Assembly: GCA_039589315.1 (NCBI GenBank)
Contig: JBDHHQ010000006.1
Span: 64,001-128,000, forward strand
Length of the DNA: 64,000 nt
Direction: 5' to 3'
From: Gemmatimonadota bacterium
Lineage (GTDB): Bacteria; Gemmatimonadota; Gemmatimonadetes; Longimicrobiales; Gaopeijiaceae
This document shows, piece after piece, positions 9,758 to 19,540 of the stretch (position 1 is its first letter; each line of letters starts with the position of its first letter). A program made the position numbers and the translations under genes. The notes beneath the pieces were generated by a model, which had not been told where the DNA came from, ran no database searches, and saw only the letters and a program-made list of their open reading frames with translations.

Positions 9758-11343
9758 AGAAGGATCGCGGCCACGGCGGCGGTCATGAGGGCGGCCAGCG
9801 TACCACCGACCATGGCCCTGAGCCCGAGCTGGGCCAGGTCCGTCCGCCGTTCGGGGGCGATCTCGCCGATTCCGGCGATCTGCATGGCGATGGAGCCGAA
9901 GTTGGCAAAGCCCGCCAGCGCGTACGAGGCGATGGTCACCGAGCGTGGGCTGAGCTCACCCCCTGACGCGGTCAGGTCGGCGAGCTGGAGGAAGGCCACG
10001 AACTCGTTCAGGACGGTCTTGACACCGATGAGCTGCCCGACGGTGGCGCTCTCCGACCACGGCACGCCCACCATCCACGCCACGGGCTGGAGGGTCCAGC
10101 CCAGCATGCCGGAGAGAGTCAAGCCGGCGAGGCCGACCAGACCTCCCACCAGTCCCACCAGGGCGTCCAGGAGGTGCAGCAACGCCAGAAAGGCCAGCAG
10201 CATGGCGGCCACGCTCATGGCCAGAAGCAGCCCTTGTGCCGCGCCTCGAGCGGCCGCGTCGATCACGTTGACGTCGGTCCGCTCCACGTTCATGGCCAGC
10301 GACCCTGACGTAGCGGGCGCTCGCGTCTCGGGCAGCATGAGCTTGGCGACCACCAAGGCGGCCGGCGCAGACATCACCGACGCGGCGATGAGATGGCCGG
10401 CGATGCCCGGGAAGTAGGGGGAGAGCATGCCCACGTACGCTGCGAGTGTCCCTCCGCTGACGGTGGCGAATCCGCCGACCAGCAGCGCCATGAGCTCTGA
10501 TCGGGTCATGCCGGCGATGTATGGCCGCACGAAGAGGGGTGCCTCCATCAAGCCGACGAAGATGTTGCCCGCCGTCGCCAGCGTCTCGGCACCGGACGTG
10601 CCCATGGTGCGCTGCATGACCCAGGCGGCGCCGCGCACCAGGCGCTGCATGATCCCCAGGTGGTACAGCACCGCCATGAGGGACGACACGAAGATGATCG
10701 TGGAGAGCACGTTGAACGCGAAGAACGCGCCCGTGCGCCCGACGGTGCCATCGGCGGCAACCGGATCGTTGGTGCCGGCCGTGCCCGCGCCTACCGGGAC
10801 GTTGTTGTAGATGAGGTTACCGAAGATGAACCGCGCGCCCTCCTCGGAGAAGTCGAGGACTCCGTGGAGCACGTGGTCGACGCCCTGGAAGAACCCCTCA
10901 CCTACCGGGGTGCGGAGGACGAAGAGGGCGAAGCCGAACTGGAGGGCGAGCCCCCAGAGCACGACCCGCCACGGCACAGGCCTGCGGCCACCGCCCAACG
11001 CCCACGCGAGGCCGGCGAGCAGACACAGCCCGAGAGCCGCCCGGACCCGGGGTCCCCATGGAGCCGGCCCGGACTGCGCTGCGGAGGAAGTGGCCGTGGT
11101 CGGGCCTCCGTCGGCCACCGGTTCACTCCGGGTGGCGGGCGGCCGGACGGCGGGCGAGGGGCCTGCTCGATTGGCGAGCCGCGCCCCGGACACCACCGAA
11201 GAGGGGGCCCACGCCTCCGCCCCCCGGCCATCCGGGCCCACCACGGCCGAGGCCGCCGCCAGTGTGGTGGCGCCCCAGGCCGCAGCGATGACGACTGCCG
11301 TCAGAAGGATCCTCGCGCCGACCCGGCGCCGGGACGAATCCAC
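9754..11343 (-). CDS. nupC: CNT-family (NupC-like) nucleoside transporter
   Basis: SGAET...GNIFVG..EAP, GFATVSG, NEFVAF, GFANFGSIA motifs; start codon uncertain. Confidence 0.9.
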   Translation of the reverse strand: MDSSRRRVGARILLTAVVIAAAWGATTLAAASAVVGPDGRGAEAWAPSSVVSGARLANRAGPSPAVRPPATRSEPVADGGPTTATSSAAQSGPAPWGPRVRAALGLCLLAGLAWALGGGRRPVPWRVVLWGLALQFGFALFVLRTPVGEGFFQGVDHVLHGVLDFSEEGARFIFGNLIYNNVPVGAGTAGTNDPVAADGTVGRTGAFFAFNVLSTIIFVSSLMAVLYHLGIMQRLVRGAAWVMQRTMGTSGAETLATAGNIFVGLMEAPLFVRPYIAGMTRSELMALLVGGFATVSGGTLAAYVGMLSPYFPGIAGHLIAASVMSAPAALVVAKLMLPETRAPATSGSLAMNVERTDVNVIDAAARGAAQGLLLAMSVAAMLLAFLALLHLLDALVGLVGGLVGLAGLTLSGMLGWTLQPVAWMVGVPWSESATVGQLIGVKTVLNEFVAFLQLADLTASGGELSPRSVTIASYALAGFANFGSIAMQIAGIGEIAPERRTDLAQLGLRAMVGGTLAALMTAAVAAILL

Positions 11344-11523
11344 GGAGCGGCCTCCGGGTAGTAGCCAGGTGGAAGGGCGGAACGGATCGGAACAGTGGCG
11401 GTCCAGGTCACGGTACCGGTCGCGGGGTCAGACAAATTGGGCTGAAGACCCGGAAGGCGCCACGGGTCCTTGTCTGGCTCCCGGTGCCACTGCCACGGAG
11501 GCGACAATGGAGAGAGTCCAGCA

Positions 11524-11682
11524 ATGAGTCAGAGGGGGCTGCTTGCCGAGCTCTGGGCGTTCATGCGGGTCCGGAAGAAGTGGTGGTTGGCTCCGGTCCT
11601 GATCGTCCTGGTTCTGGTCGGTGCCTTGCTGGTATTCGCTCAGACGTCGGCGCTGGCGCCGTTCATCTATACGATCTTCTAG
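11524..11682 (+). CDS. DUF5989-family small membrane protein
   Basis: ELWAFMRVRKKWWLAP...SALAPFIYTIF signature; GGAG RBS upstream. Confidence 0.85.
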   Translation: MSQRGLLAELWAFMRVRKKWWLAPVLIVLVLVGALLVFAQTSALAPFIYTIF

Positions 11683-11769
11683 CGGCCACAGGCGGCCCGG
11701 ACCATCTGCCCGTGGCCGACTCGCTCGCTGGTGCCAGAGCCCCCACGACCGGACTGCCGGCGGCCCGCC

Positions 11770-14208
11770 TCAGGTCACGGGGGTCGTCTTCTTCTTGAGG
11801 ACGAAGAGACCTTCCCGCATGCTGGTCACGACGATGACCCCGCTCTGGAAGTACGGGTAGTTGCTCCAGGATCCGGCGAAGCCGGGAGCGTCCTCACCAA
11901 CCGACACCGTGTCGAAGTACCCCACCTCTTCGGGGTTCTCCGGGTCCGAGATATCCAGGATCCTCAGCCCGCTCGTGTAGTTGGACTGATACATGAGGTC
12001 GCCCTGGACATACAGGTTGTGGTCCGACGCGGAATTGCTGCCGAGATGCTCGTTCACCAGGATCGGATCGTCCAGATCGGCGATGTCCCAGACCAGGGTG
12101 CGGGTCCTCTCGACGGCGCCCGCCAACTCGTCGAGCTCGTCGTTCATGTAGAAGTAGCGGTGGTCGTCCGACACCCAGCCCTGGTGGAGGTAGGCGGAGT
12201 TCGGATACGCTGCCGAGGCCACGGCGATGGGGTTGGCCTTGTCGGACACGTCCGAGATGCTCAGAGCGTTCTCGTTGGCCCCGAAGCAGATCTCGCTGCC
12301 GGCGTAGTCCTCGTCGGGACCCTCGTACGCGATGCACTGGGCATCGTGGCTGTAGCCGGTGGAGGCAAGGCCCGTGTTGGAGTCGGAGAAGCACCCCGCG
12401 AACACCAAGCTCCCGGGCTCGCGGATGTCGATCATGTGAAGCCCTCCCCCGCACGTCTGTCCCCCGCCGCTGGCCCCCACCACGTAGGCGAACCCGGTGT
12501 CCTCGTTGATCACGATGTTGTGCGCGCTGTAGATCCCGTCGTAGTGGGCGGTCTCCTCGAAGACAACAGGCTCCGCTCCCACGTCCCGCAGCTGGGTGAG
12601 GTCGAAGACCTGCACACCGTGGGCGCCTGCGTTGTCGGCGACCACGAACGCGTGGTCTCGGTAGACCTTCACGTCGCGCCACATGTTGGCGATCGCGCCC
12701 TCGTGGAGGGGGAGCTCACCCAGATACACCGGGTTGGCGGCGTCGCTCACGTCGACGAACGCTGTGCCGTCGTTCCGGCCCACGATGGCGTACTCGCGAC
12801 CCGTCTCGGGGTCGGTCCATCCCCAGATGTCGTTCACGATCACGCCCCGCTCGCCCCCCAGGCCCTGCACCGGGACGAAGGCCACGAGGTCCACCTCCTC
12901 GCACGTGAACGACCGGGCCGTGCCTGACTGGCACTCGACGGGCCCACCCACGACGGCCTCCATCCCGCCGCTCTCGTCGAAGAGCTCCGCCCCGCTGGCC
13001 CACTCCCGCGTGGCGGGATCCAGGGCGTAGACATGCCCCGTGCCCTCAAAGAAGGCCTCTCCCGGGGCCCCGATGACCGCCACGTCACCTTCTGCGGCCA
13101 GGGCCTGTCCGAAGAATGCGAAGGGGGAGCCGAAGTCGATCTGTTGGACCTGCGTCCACGTTCCGGCGTCGGAGGGGCGGAACACGAAGGCGCCACCTGC
13201 TCCACCGCCGAGGAGGGGTGCGCCGAGGAACAGGTCGGTCTCGGAGAACGCCATCGAAAGCCCCGCCAGGGACTGGGGTGGGGCGTTCTCGGGCGCGATG
13301 ATCTCCCGCTGACCCCACTGTCCCGTCGCGTCGTCCGCCGCGAACCGGAACGCGCCGCCCGCGAACTGGTTGGCCAATGGTGCGGTGGCGAAGACGTGAC
13401 CGTCCCGAACGGCAACGGCCCAGCCCAGAGCGCCAGGGCCGGGGTCGGCGGGCCGAAGGTCGGCCACCGGGTTCCAGCCGTCGTCGTCCCGCTGGAAGAT
13501 GTGGACGGATCCGGGCAGGATCGTAGGCGGATTGGGGTCGGGAATCAGACTGATCATGTCTCCGGGCGCACCGGCGGCCAGAAGGCCGTCGGCCACGGCC
13601 AGCGCACTGCCGAACCGCGCGCCATCGGCGGCTTCCGCCGGCGTGAGCTCGGCTCCCCGGCTCCAGGTCCCGTCCTGACCCAGCGCGTACGCGATGACGC
13701 GGCCGGCGGGAGCCCGGTCGGGAGACGAGATCAGGGCCACGCCGTCCTCGAGGGCCACCGCCGAGCCGAATCCCTCCCCTTCCTCTCCGTCCTCGGGTGC
13801 GAGGCGCGTCACCTCGCGCCAACTCCCGTCCGGGGTACGCTGAAAGACCCAGGCCGCCCCAGCGCGGCCGGCCCGGGGCGCACCGACGAGCAGCAGGCCG
13901 CCGTCGACGGCCAGGGCGTCGCCGAACCCGATGCCGAGCTCCGCCCCGGTCGGTGACACCGTCGCGGACTCCACCCACTCACCGCCTCGGGGCACGAAGA
14001 CGTGCACCGCACCGGGCCGGTTGGCCGGCAGCGGGAACGCCCCCACTTCACCCGGTTGGCCGACGAAGAGCTCCCCGTCGTGGAACACGACGGTAGCGGC
14101 AAACGCGCCGGCCGAGACAGACGGGATACGCGACGATATGGACTGGGCGGCGGCCGGGGCGGCCAGCCCCAGCGCCAGCATGACTGCGACAGTCACGGAC
14201 CCCTGCAT
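11770..14208 (-). CDS. Secreted FG-GAP-repeat plus choice-of-anchor B domain protein (paralog 1)
   Basis: Signal peptide; FG.ALA..G...VGAP repeats; NDIWGWTDPETGREYA, WRDVKVY, HNIVIN, HDAQC, HQGW, HNLYV, WSNYPYF. Confidence 0.85.
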   Translation of the reverse strand: MQGSVTVAVMLALGLAAPAAAQSISSRIPSVSAGAFAATVVFHDGELFVGQPGEVGAFPLPANRPGAVHVFVPRGGEWVESATVSPTGAELGIGFGDALAVDGGLLLVGAPRAGRAGAAWVFQRTPDGSWREVTRLAPEDGEEGEGFGSAVALEDGVALISSPDRAPAGRVIAYALGQDGTWSRGAELTPAEAADGARFGSALAVADGLLAAGAPGDMISLIPDPNPPTILPGSVHIFQRDDDGWNPVADLRPADPGPGALGWAVAVRDGHVFATAPLANQFAGGAFRFAADDATGQWGQREIIAPENAPPQSLAGLSMAFSETDLFLGAPLLGGGAGGAFVFRPSDAGTWTQVQQIDFGSPFAFFGQALAAEGDVAVIGAPGEAFFEGTGHVYALDPATREWASGAELFDESGGMEAVVGGPVECQSGTARSFTCEEVDLVAFVPVQGLGGERGVIVNDIWGWTDPETGREYAIVGRNDGTAFVDVSDAANPVYLGELPLHEGAIANMWRDVKVYRDHAFVVADNAGAHGVQVFDLTQLRDVGAEPVVFEETAHYDGIYSAHNIVINEDTGFAYVVGASGGGQTCGGGLHMIDIREPGSLVFAGCFSDSNTGLASTGYSHDAQCIAYEGPDEDYAGSEICFGANENALSISDVSDKANPIAVASAAYPNSAYLHQGWVSDDHRYFYMNDELDELAGAVERTRTLVWDIADLDDPILVNEHLGSNSASDHNLYVQGDLMYQSNYTSGLRILDISDPENPEEVGYFDTVSVGEDAPGFAGSWSNYPYFQSGVIVVTSMREGLFVLKKKTTPVT

Positions 14209-14316
14209 TCGTTCCTCCGACGATTCCGGGTCTGTAGCGTGGCGCCCGGGGGCCCCACGATGGACGGGAAGCGCTGAATCTCATCGGGGAGACCGGTCAC
14301 GTAAAGGCCACGGCGC

Positions 14317-16443
14317 CTAGCCCTCGCCCTCCCGGCGGACCCGGGCTTGCACGATGATCTCCCCTTCGAGGACGCGGTCCACCACGTCCATGCCGCGGAT
14401 GACCTCGCCGAAGACCGTGTACTGGTGGTCGAGGCGCAAGTTGTCCACCAGGTTCACGTAGATCTGGGCATCGCCGGTGTCCCGGCCCCTGGTGGAGAGC
14501 CCGACGGCGGCCCGCCAATTGCCCGCGAGGCCCACCTCGTCCCGGGTGTACGGCCCGTCGCCCCAGTACTCGTTCGCCCCGGGACTCCCGCCCTGGATCA
14601 CGAAGTTGGGCGCCACCCGGTGGAAGGTCAGGCCGTCGAAGTACCCCTCTCTCGTCAGGCGGGCGAAACGCGCGGCGTTGGTGGGGGCCAGATATGGAAA
14701 GAGCCGGATCTCGATCTGTCCGCCGCTGTCCATGTCCAGAACCACGGTCGAGCGGGCCAGCTCGGCGAGCTCGGCCGGGCCGGGAACCGCCGACAGGGGC
14801 AACGGAACGGGCTCCGGCGTGTGAGGCTCGCCGGTCCAGTCGGTCAGCAGCTCGGCGGCCCGGCCGGCGATCACGGGATCGAAATCGACGAGGTAGGGAA
14901 CGACGTCGGCGGTGCGGGTCGGGTCGCCCAGCTCGCCCAGCCGCTCCAGGAGGGCTGCGCGGACGTCCCGGGAGGTGTCCCGACGTTGCTCCGTGAACCG
15001 GGACAGCGCTTCCAGGAGGGCCGGTACCGCGGCCGCTCGCTGCGGGCTGCCGGCCAACAGGCCCGCCGCGGTCATGACCAGCTGAGGGTCGTCGGCGGAC
15101 AGCTGTCCGACCAGAACCGGATCGGCACCGTGGCCCAGGGCGGCCACGAGCTCGCGGATCGCCGCCAGCCGAACGTTGGGGTGGGGGTCCCGGGCCAACT
15201 CCCTAAGGAGCGCTTCGTCGCTTCGAGCGGCTGCGGCTGGGGCGGCGTAGGCCCGGGCGAACGGGCTCCGGTGCCGGGAGAGCACGACTACGGCGCTACC
15301 GGCCTCGTGGGGCGCCACGGTGGCCAACGCCGCGACGGCGTGAGCCCAGCGGTGCCATGACCTGCCGGGGTCGGGGACGTCCGCGGCCCCACGTGCCAGG
15401 ACGTCGAGTTGCCCTGCGGCCTCCGGGCACGGCTCGGCCAGCTCGTCCAGCGCCAGCAGCGCCACGTGGTCGTCGGTGTCGGAGGCTGCCCTGAAGAGCG
15501 GCTCGCAGCCCATTGAAGCGCGCAGTGCGGCCGCGGTGCGGAGCGCTTCCCAACGCACCCTGGGTGCCGAGTCGATGAGGGCCCGACCGAGGAGCTCGAC
15601 CGGATCGGCCAGGGCGGCGAGACCACGGGCCGCAACGCGCCGCACCTCGTGGTCCGGGTCCGAGAGCCCGGTCGCCAGCACCGATCGCTCCGGCGTCGTG
15701 CTGCCGGCCGTGTACGCCAGGAGCGCCGCACGGCGGACCCGCGCGGCGGCGAGCCCTGCGGCGGTTGTGGGTCCGGACTGCCGTGCGTCCGACCCTCCGG
15801 AGGTCCGTCCCCACTGAGCCAACTCCGCCAGTGCGGCTCGCGTGTCGGCGTCGAACGCACGAAGCGTGCTCCCCCTTCGGGCCAACGATTCGAGGCCTCG
15901 GGCCAATGCCAGGCCTCGCGCGTCCGCGGCCGTCGTCCCCGCCTCACCGGCTGGTTGGGCCAGGAGGTCTACGAGCACGCGCTCCGCCTGGGCGTGGGCT
16001 TCGGCCCCGTCGTACGCCAGCCTGCCCAGCGTCTGGCCGTAGACCGCCTGGACGACTGGATCCCGCTCACCGGCGAGGCCCTGGATCAGGGCCGTCCACG
16101 CTGCCGGCCATCCCTCGTTCCAGGACGCCTGTCCGATGGCGTTGACCGCCTCGGCCCGGACGCCGGCGTCCGGGTCGTCGAGCGCCCCGGATAGCGTCCC
16201 GATCCAATCACTGCGCTCGTACCGCCCCAGGGTCCGGACCGCGACACGTCGGACCGCGGCGCTGTCATGGGCCAGGGCCTCCCGCATGACCGCCATAGCT
16301 TCAGGGGAGTCGTCCCGGGCGTCCTCGAGGGACCGGAGGGCGCGGAGGATCTCGGCACCGGCGTCCTCGTCCGAGCCCGACTCGGGCGGCGAGCAGGCCG
16401 CGAAGATCAGTGGCAAGACGAGAATCCAGGGGCGCTTCGGCAT
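14317..16443 (-). CDS. HEAT-repeat plus cyclophilin-type peptidyl-prolyl isomerase lipoprotein
   Basis: Lipobox IFAAC; repeated D.D..VR..A HEAT units; C-terminal FHRVAPNFVIQGG, DTGDAQ, YTVFG. Confidence 0.85.
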   Translation of the reverse strand: MPKRPWILVLPLIFAACSPPESGSDEDAGAEILRALRSLEDARDDSPEAMAVMREALAHDSAAVRRVAVRTLGRYERSDWIGTLSGALDDPDAGVRAEAVNAIGQASWNEGWPAAWTALIQGLAGERDPVVQAVYGQTLGRLAYDGAEAHAQAERVLVDLLAQPAGEAGTTAADARGLALARGLESLARRGSTLRAFDADTRAALAELAQWGRTSGGSDARQSGPTTAAGLAAARVRRAALLAYTAGSTTPERSVLATGLSDPDHEVRRVAARGLAALADPVELLGRALIDSAPRVRWEALRTAAALRASMGCEPLFRAASDTDDHVALLALDELAEPCPEAAGQLDVLARGAADVPDPGRSWHRWAHAVAALATVAPHEAGSAVVVLSRHRSPFARAYAAPAAAARSDEALLRELARDPHPNVRLAAIRELVAALGHGADPVLVGQLSADDPQLVMTAAGLLAGSPQRAAAVPALLEALSRFTEQRRDTSRDVRAALLERLGELGDPTRTADVVPYLVDFDPVIAGRAAELLTDWTGEPHTPEPVPLPLSAVPGPAELAELARSTVVLDMDSGGQIEIRLFPYLAPTNAARFARLTREGYFDGLTFHRVAPNFVIQGGSPGANEYWGDGPYTRDEVGLAGNWRAAVGLSTRGRDTGDAQIYVNLVDNLRLDHQYTVFGEVIRGMDVVDRVLEGEIIVQARVRREGEG

Positions 16444-16749
16444 ACGGGCGGTCCTGGCTGCGGGGATCGGATGATGCTCCTTGATAGGGGAAGTAGGCGG
16501 TGGGGGCAAACGGCTCCGCGCTCATGGGGATCCCCTCCAGGCGGCCCCGGCACGGAAGGCGTCCGGTGCGGAGCCATTTCGTCGCATTTCATGAATGAGC
16601 GGGTGCTCGCCAGCACGGGTCTGTCCCGGACACTGGGCCCGTGTTAGGCTATGTGCTGAACACGCCGCGGTGCTCGAGGTAGGTGACGGCAGACGCGCGA
16701 ACGAGGCGCCCTGGAAGGCCAGGTGGACCATCCAGCGGGGGAGAGCACA

Positions 16750-17268
16750 ATGGAGTTGGCCAGGCACGCCATCGGAGAGGGTCGGTCACGCATAGGTCCG
16801 GGCGCGGCTGCCCGGGGTGCAGCCGTCCCGGCGGACGCCCGGAGCGCACGGCCCGGCCGCGCCGAAGCCGTCGAGCCGGTGCGCGGGGTGCGTCGGATCG
16901 TGACGCTCAGCGCCGGATGGATCAGCTTGGCACTCGGCTTCCTCGGCGTCTTCCTGCCGTTGCTGCCGACGACGTGTTTCGTTCTCCTGGCTGGAGTCTG
17001 CTTCGCGCGAACCTCGCCCAGAGCGCATCGTTGGCTCTACCACAACCGGCTCTTCGGCCGGCACCTCACGTCCTACCGGGACGATCGTTCCGTGCCCATG
17101 GGGTTGAAGGTCGGATCGCTGACGCTCCTGTGGCTCACGGTGGGAGGCAGCGCCCTGGCCATCGACGGTCCCGGCTGGGTTCGGTTGACGCTGGTCGCCA
17201 TCGCGGTGGCCGTGACCGTGCATGTCGTGAGTCTGCAGACGCGGAAGGCCGCTCGCTCCAGGCCGTAG
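16750..17268 (+). CDS. YbaN/DUF454 family membrane protein
   Basis: LGFLGVFLPLLPTT.F.LLA..CFAR.SPR.H.WL motif. Confidence 0.85.
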   Translation: MELARHAIGEGRSRIGPGAAARGAAVPADARSARPGRAEAVEPVRGVRRIVTLSAGWISLALGFLGVFLPLLPTTCFVLLAGVCFARTSPRAHRWLYHNRLFGRHLTSYRDDRSVPMGLKVGSLTLLWLTVGGSALAIDGPGWVRLTLVAIAVAVTVHVVSLQTRKAARSRP

Positions 17269-17327
17269 GCCCACCGGGTGGACCCCATTCCTGATCCTTC
17301 GCCCCCAGGCAGCCGCCGAGTCATCGC

Positions 17328-18050
17328 GTGACCGTCTTGGATCTCGCCCAATCGGGCGGACTTTCGGACACCCTTGCCAACAGTCCTGTCCTGGCTTCTG
17401 TGACGCTGTTCGGGGCCGGTGTGCTGACGAGCCTCACGCCGTGCATCTACCCCATGATCCCCATCACCGCTTCGGTGCTGGCGGGCACGGCGGGAGACGA
17501 GCCCTCGCGCAGGCGGACGGTGGGCCTGACCCTGACATACGTGACGGGCTTGGCCCTCTTCTACGCCGTCCTGGGTCTCATGGCAGGGCTCACCGGGAGC
17601 CTGTTCGGCACGGTGAGCGCGAATCCGTGGGTGCGTTTCGCCACCGGCAACGTGCTTCTGCTCTTCGCCTTGGCCATGCTGGACGTGATCCCCCTCTCCG
17701 CTCCACAACGGCTCCTCAATTGGGCGGGAAACCTCGGGGGTGGATCGTACCCCGCGGTCTTCTTGCTGGGCGCCACGTCCGGCATCGTGGCCGCTCCGTG
17801 CGGCGCGCCCGCGTTTGCCGTGGTGCTCACGTGGGTGGCGGCGACCGGCGCCGGGGTCATGGGTTTCTTGTATCTGTTCGTCTTCTCCCTGGGGATGACG
17901 GCCCTACTGGTGGTGGTGGGCCTGTTCTCCGGCACGCTGGCTCGCTTGCCTCAGGCCGGTCGCTGGACCGGATGGATCAAGAAGAGCGCAGGAGTGATAA
18001 TGCTTGGCGTGGCCCAGTACTACTTCGTGCTGACGGGAATGGGACTGTGA
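17328..18050 (+). CDS. ccdA: CcdA/DsbD-type transmembrane electron transporter
   Basis: SLTPCIYPMIP and APCGAP paired-Cys motifs; 6 TM helices. Confidence 0.9.
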   Translation: MTVLDLAQSGGLSDTLANSPVLASVTLFGAGVLTSLTPCIYPMIPITASVLAGTAGDEPSRRRTVGLTLTYVTGLALFYAVLGLMAGLTGSLFGTVSANPWVRFATGNVLLLFALAMLDVIPLSAPQRLLNWAGNLGGGSYPAVFLLGATSGIVAAPCGAPAFAVVLTWVAATGAGVMGFLYLFVFSLGMTALLVVVGLFSGTLARLPQAGRWTGWIKKSAGVIMLGVAQYYFVLTGMGL

Positions 18051-18664
18051 AAGACGAACACGCTGCGATGGAGCTGGAGCGAGTGTGCTCGTCGGGCGCC
18101 ACGGGCCATCGGACCCTTCAGGCCTCTCCGTGGTCGTGGCTCCGGTGGCCGGTGCGGGTGACCCTGCTCCATCTGGCTCTGGTCCTTCCCGCGGCGATCG
18201 TCCCCGCGAGTCCCCTGGCCGCCCAGGAGCGGGGCGAGCTGGGGATCGCCGTGGGCTCCACCGTGGCGCCCGTGGTCGTCGAGGATCTGGACGGCAATCC
18301 GGCCGATCTGGGCGAGTACCTGGGGCAGGGCCCCATGCTCCTGGAGTTCTGGGCCAGCTGGTGCGAGAACTGCAGGGCGCTCCAACCCCGCATGGATGCT
18401 GCCCACGCAGCCTGGGGAGATCAGGTGGCCTTCGTGGCCATCGCGGTAGCCGTGAACCAGACACCGCGGCGGGTGCGGCGGCACATCGACAAGGAGCCGA
18501 TCCCGTATGCCGTGCTCTGGGACGACGGCGGTGGGGCGGTCCGTGCCTTCTTTGCGCCTGCGACCTCCTACGTGGTGGTCCTGGACTCGGCGGGCACCGT
18601 GACGTACACGGGTATCGGCCCCGACCAGGACATCGACGCCGCGGTTCGGACCGCTCTGGACTGA
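18047..18664 (+). CDS. TlpA-family exported thioredoxin-like disulfide reductase
   Basis: FWASWCENC (CxxC); signal peptide ending LAAQ; GTG start overlapping the ccdA stop (start uncertain). Confidence 0.85.
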   Translation: MKDEHAAMELERVCSSGATGHRTLQASPWSWLRWPVRVTLLHLALVLPAAIVPASPLAAQERGELGIAVGSTVAPVVVEDLDGNPADLGEYLGQGPMLLEFWASWCENCRALQPRMDAAHAAWGDQVAFVAIAVAVNQTPRRVRRHIDKEPIPYAVLWDDGGGAVRAFFAPATSYVVVLDSAGTVTYTGIGPDQDIDAAVRTALD

Positions 18665-18748
18665 GCCTACTGCCTGTCCGGGGGTCCTGGCCGGCGACGC
18701 CACGGCGGCTGCCGACGTCCGCTTCTACCCGGCTGCCGAATGGCGCTT

Positions 18749-19399
18749 CTAGCAGTCTCCGGGTGACAGTGTCCGTTGAAGCAGCAGGGCCAGGTCCACG
18801 CCGTCCCGACCGACCTCCTCCTCCTGCTCGAGCTCCGGCGCGACCGCGGCTACCGCCGCCGCCAATTCGTCGTAGGCGGTCGGATCGATCTCACGGAAGG
18901 GAGAGGCCGTGAACGCCACCCGGCCCTCGGGGTCCAGCACCGCCACCATGCGGGAGCCGGCCGAGCCACTCTCCCTCACCCCCACGCCGAGCTTCCGGAA
19001 GGAGTCCCCGTCGGGATCGGACGCGAACAACATGGGGAAGTCGGCATCCCGGGCCCAGGACGCGAGCTCATCGATGGGGTCCCTGCTTATGGCGATCACG
19101 GTGACGCCGCGCCCACCGCGGAAGATCGTAGCGTACTGATCACGGTACGCTTCCATTTGGATCGTTCACCCACGCGTTCGAGCACGGAAGAAGAACGCGA
19201 GCACGACGGCGTCGCCCCGGAAGTCGCTGAGCCGCACCGGATCGGCCAGAATCCCGTAGCGAGTGGCTCCCGGAAGCTCGAAGTCGGGTGCCATCGTACC
19301 GACAGCGATCGGATCCGGGTCGACGGCTTGCGCGCTCAGGGGAACGACGACAGCGCAGAGCGCGGCCGCGATGAGCAGTGCTGTGCGGAAGAGGCGCAT
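18749..19399 (-). CDS. Probable selenoprotein: exported peroxiredoxin (BCP/AhpC-TSA-like) with TxxU active site; TGA at 19166-19168 read as Sec
   Basis: ORFs 19166..19435 and 18749..19156 are in the same frame: APDFELP...VVLAFFFRARTRG[TGA]TIQMEAYR...ISRD...SRMVAVLDPEG. The TGA aligns with the peroxidatic Cys of the FYPxxxTPGCT motif, and a hairpin follows it. Confidence 0.85.
19130..19151 (-). promoter_or_regulatory. Candidate bacterial SECIS hairpin for the minus-strand peroxiredoxin
   Basis: mRNA AGCGUAC-CGUGAUCA-GUACGCU; perfect 7-bp stem with 14 nt between the UGA and the stem. Confidence 0.65.
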
Positions 19400-19540
19400 G
19401 GGCTGGTCCAGCTGGAGTGTCAGTTGGGCGGGCAACGCGTCAGTATAGGGCCTGGACGACGGCGCCGGCTACCACCAGCGCGACAACCTGCGCGTGACGC
19501 AGAGGCTGCTGGAAGATCTGGGTAGCCACGATCCCCATCC

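Noticed and set aside
11400..11520. Riboswitch upstream of nupC or DUF5989 (nested stems CAGACAA/TTGTCTG and GACCCG/CGGGTC)
   Set aside because: No purine or cobalamin riboswitch consensus recognisable; such stems are expected at this GC content. An Rfam scan would decide.
16609..16650. Structured RNA between the PPIase and ybaN genes
   Set aside because: A single imperfect hairpin with no family motif
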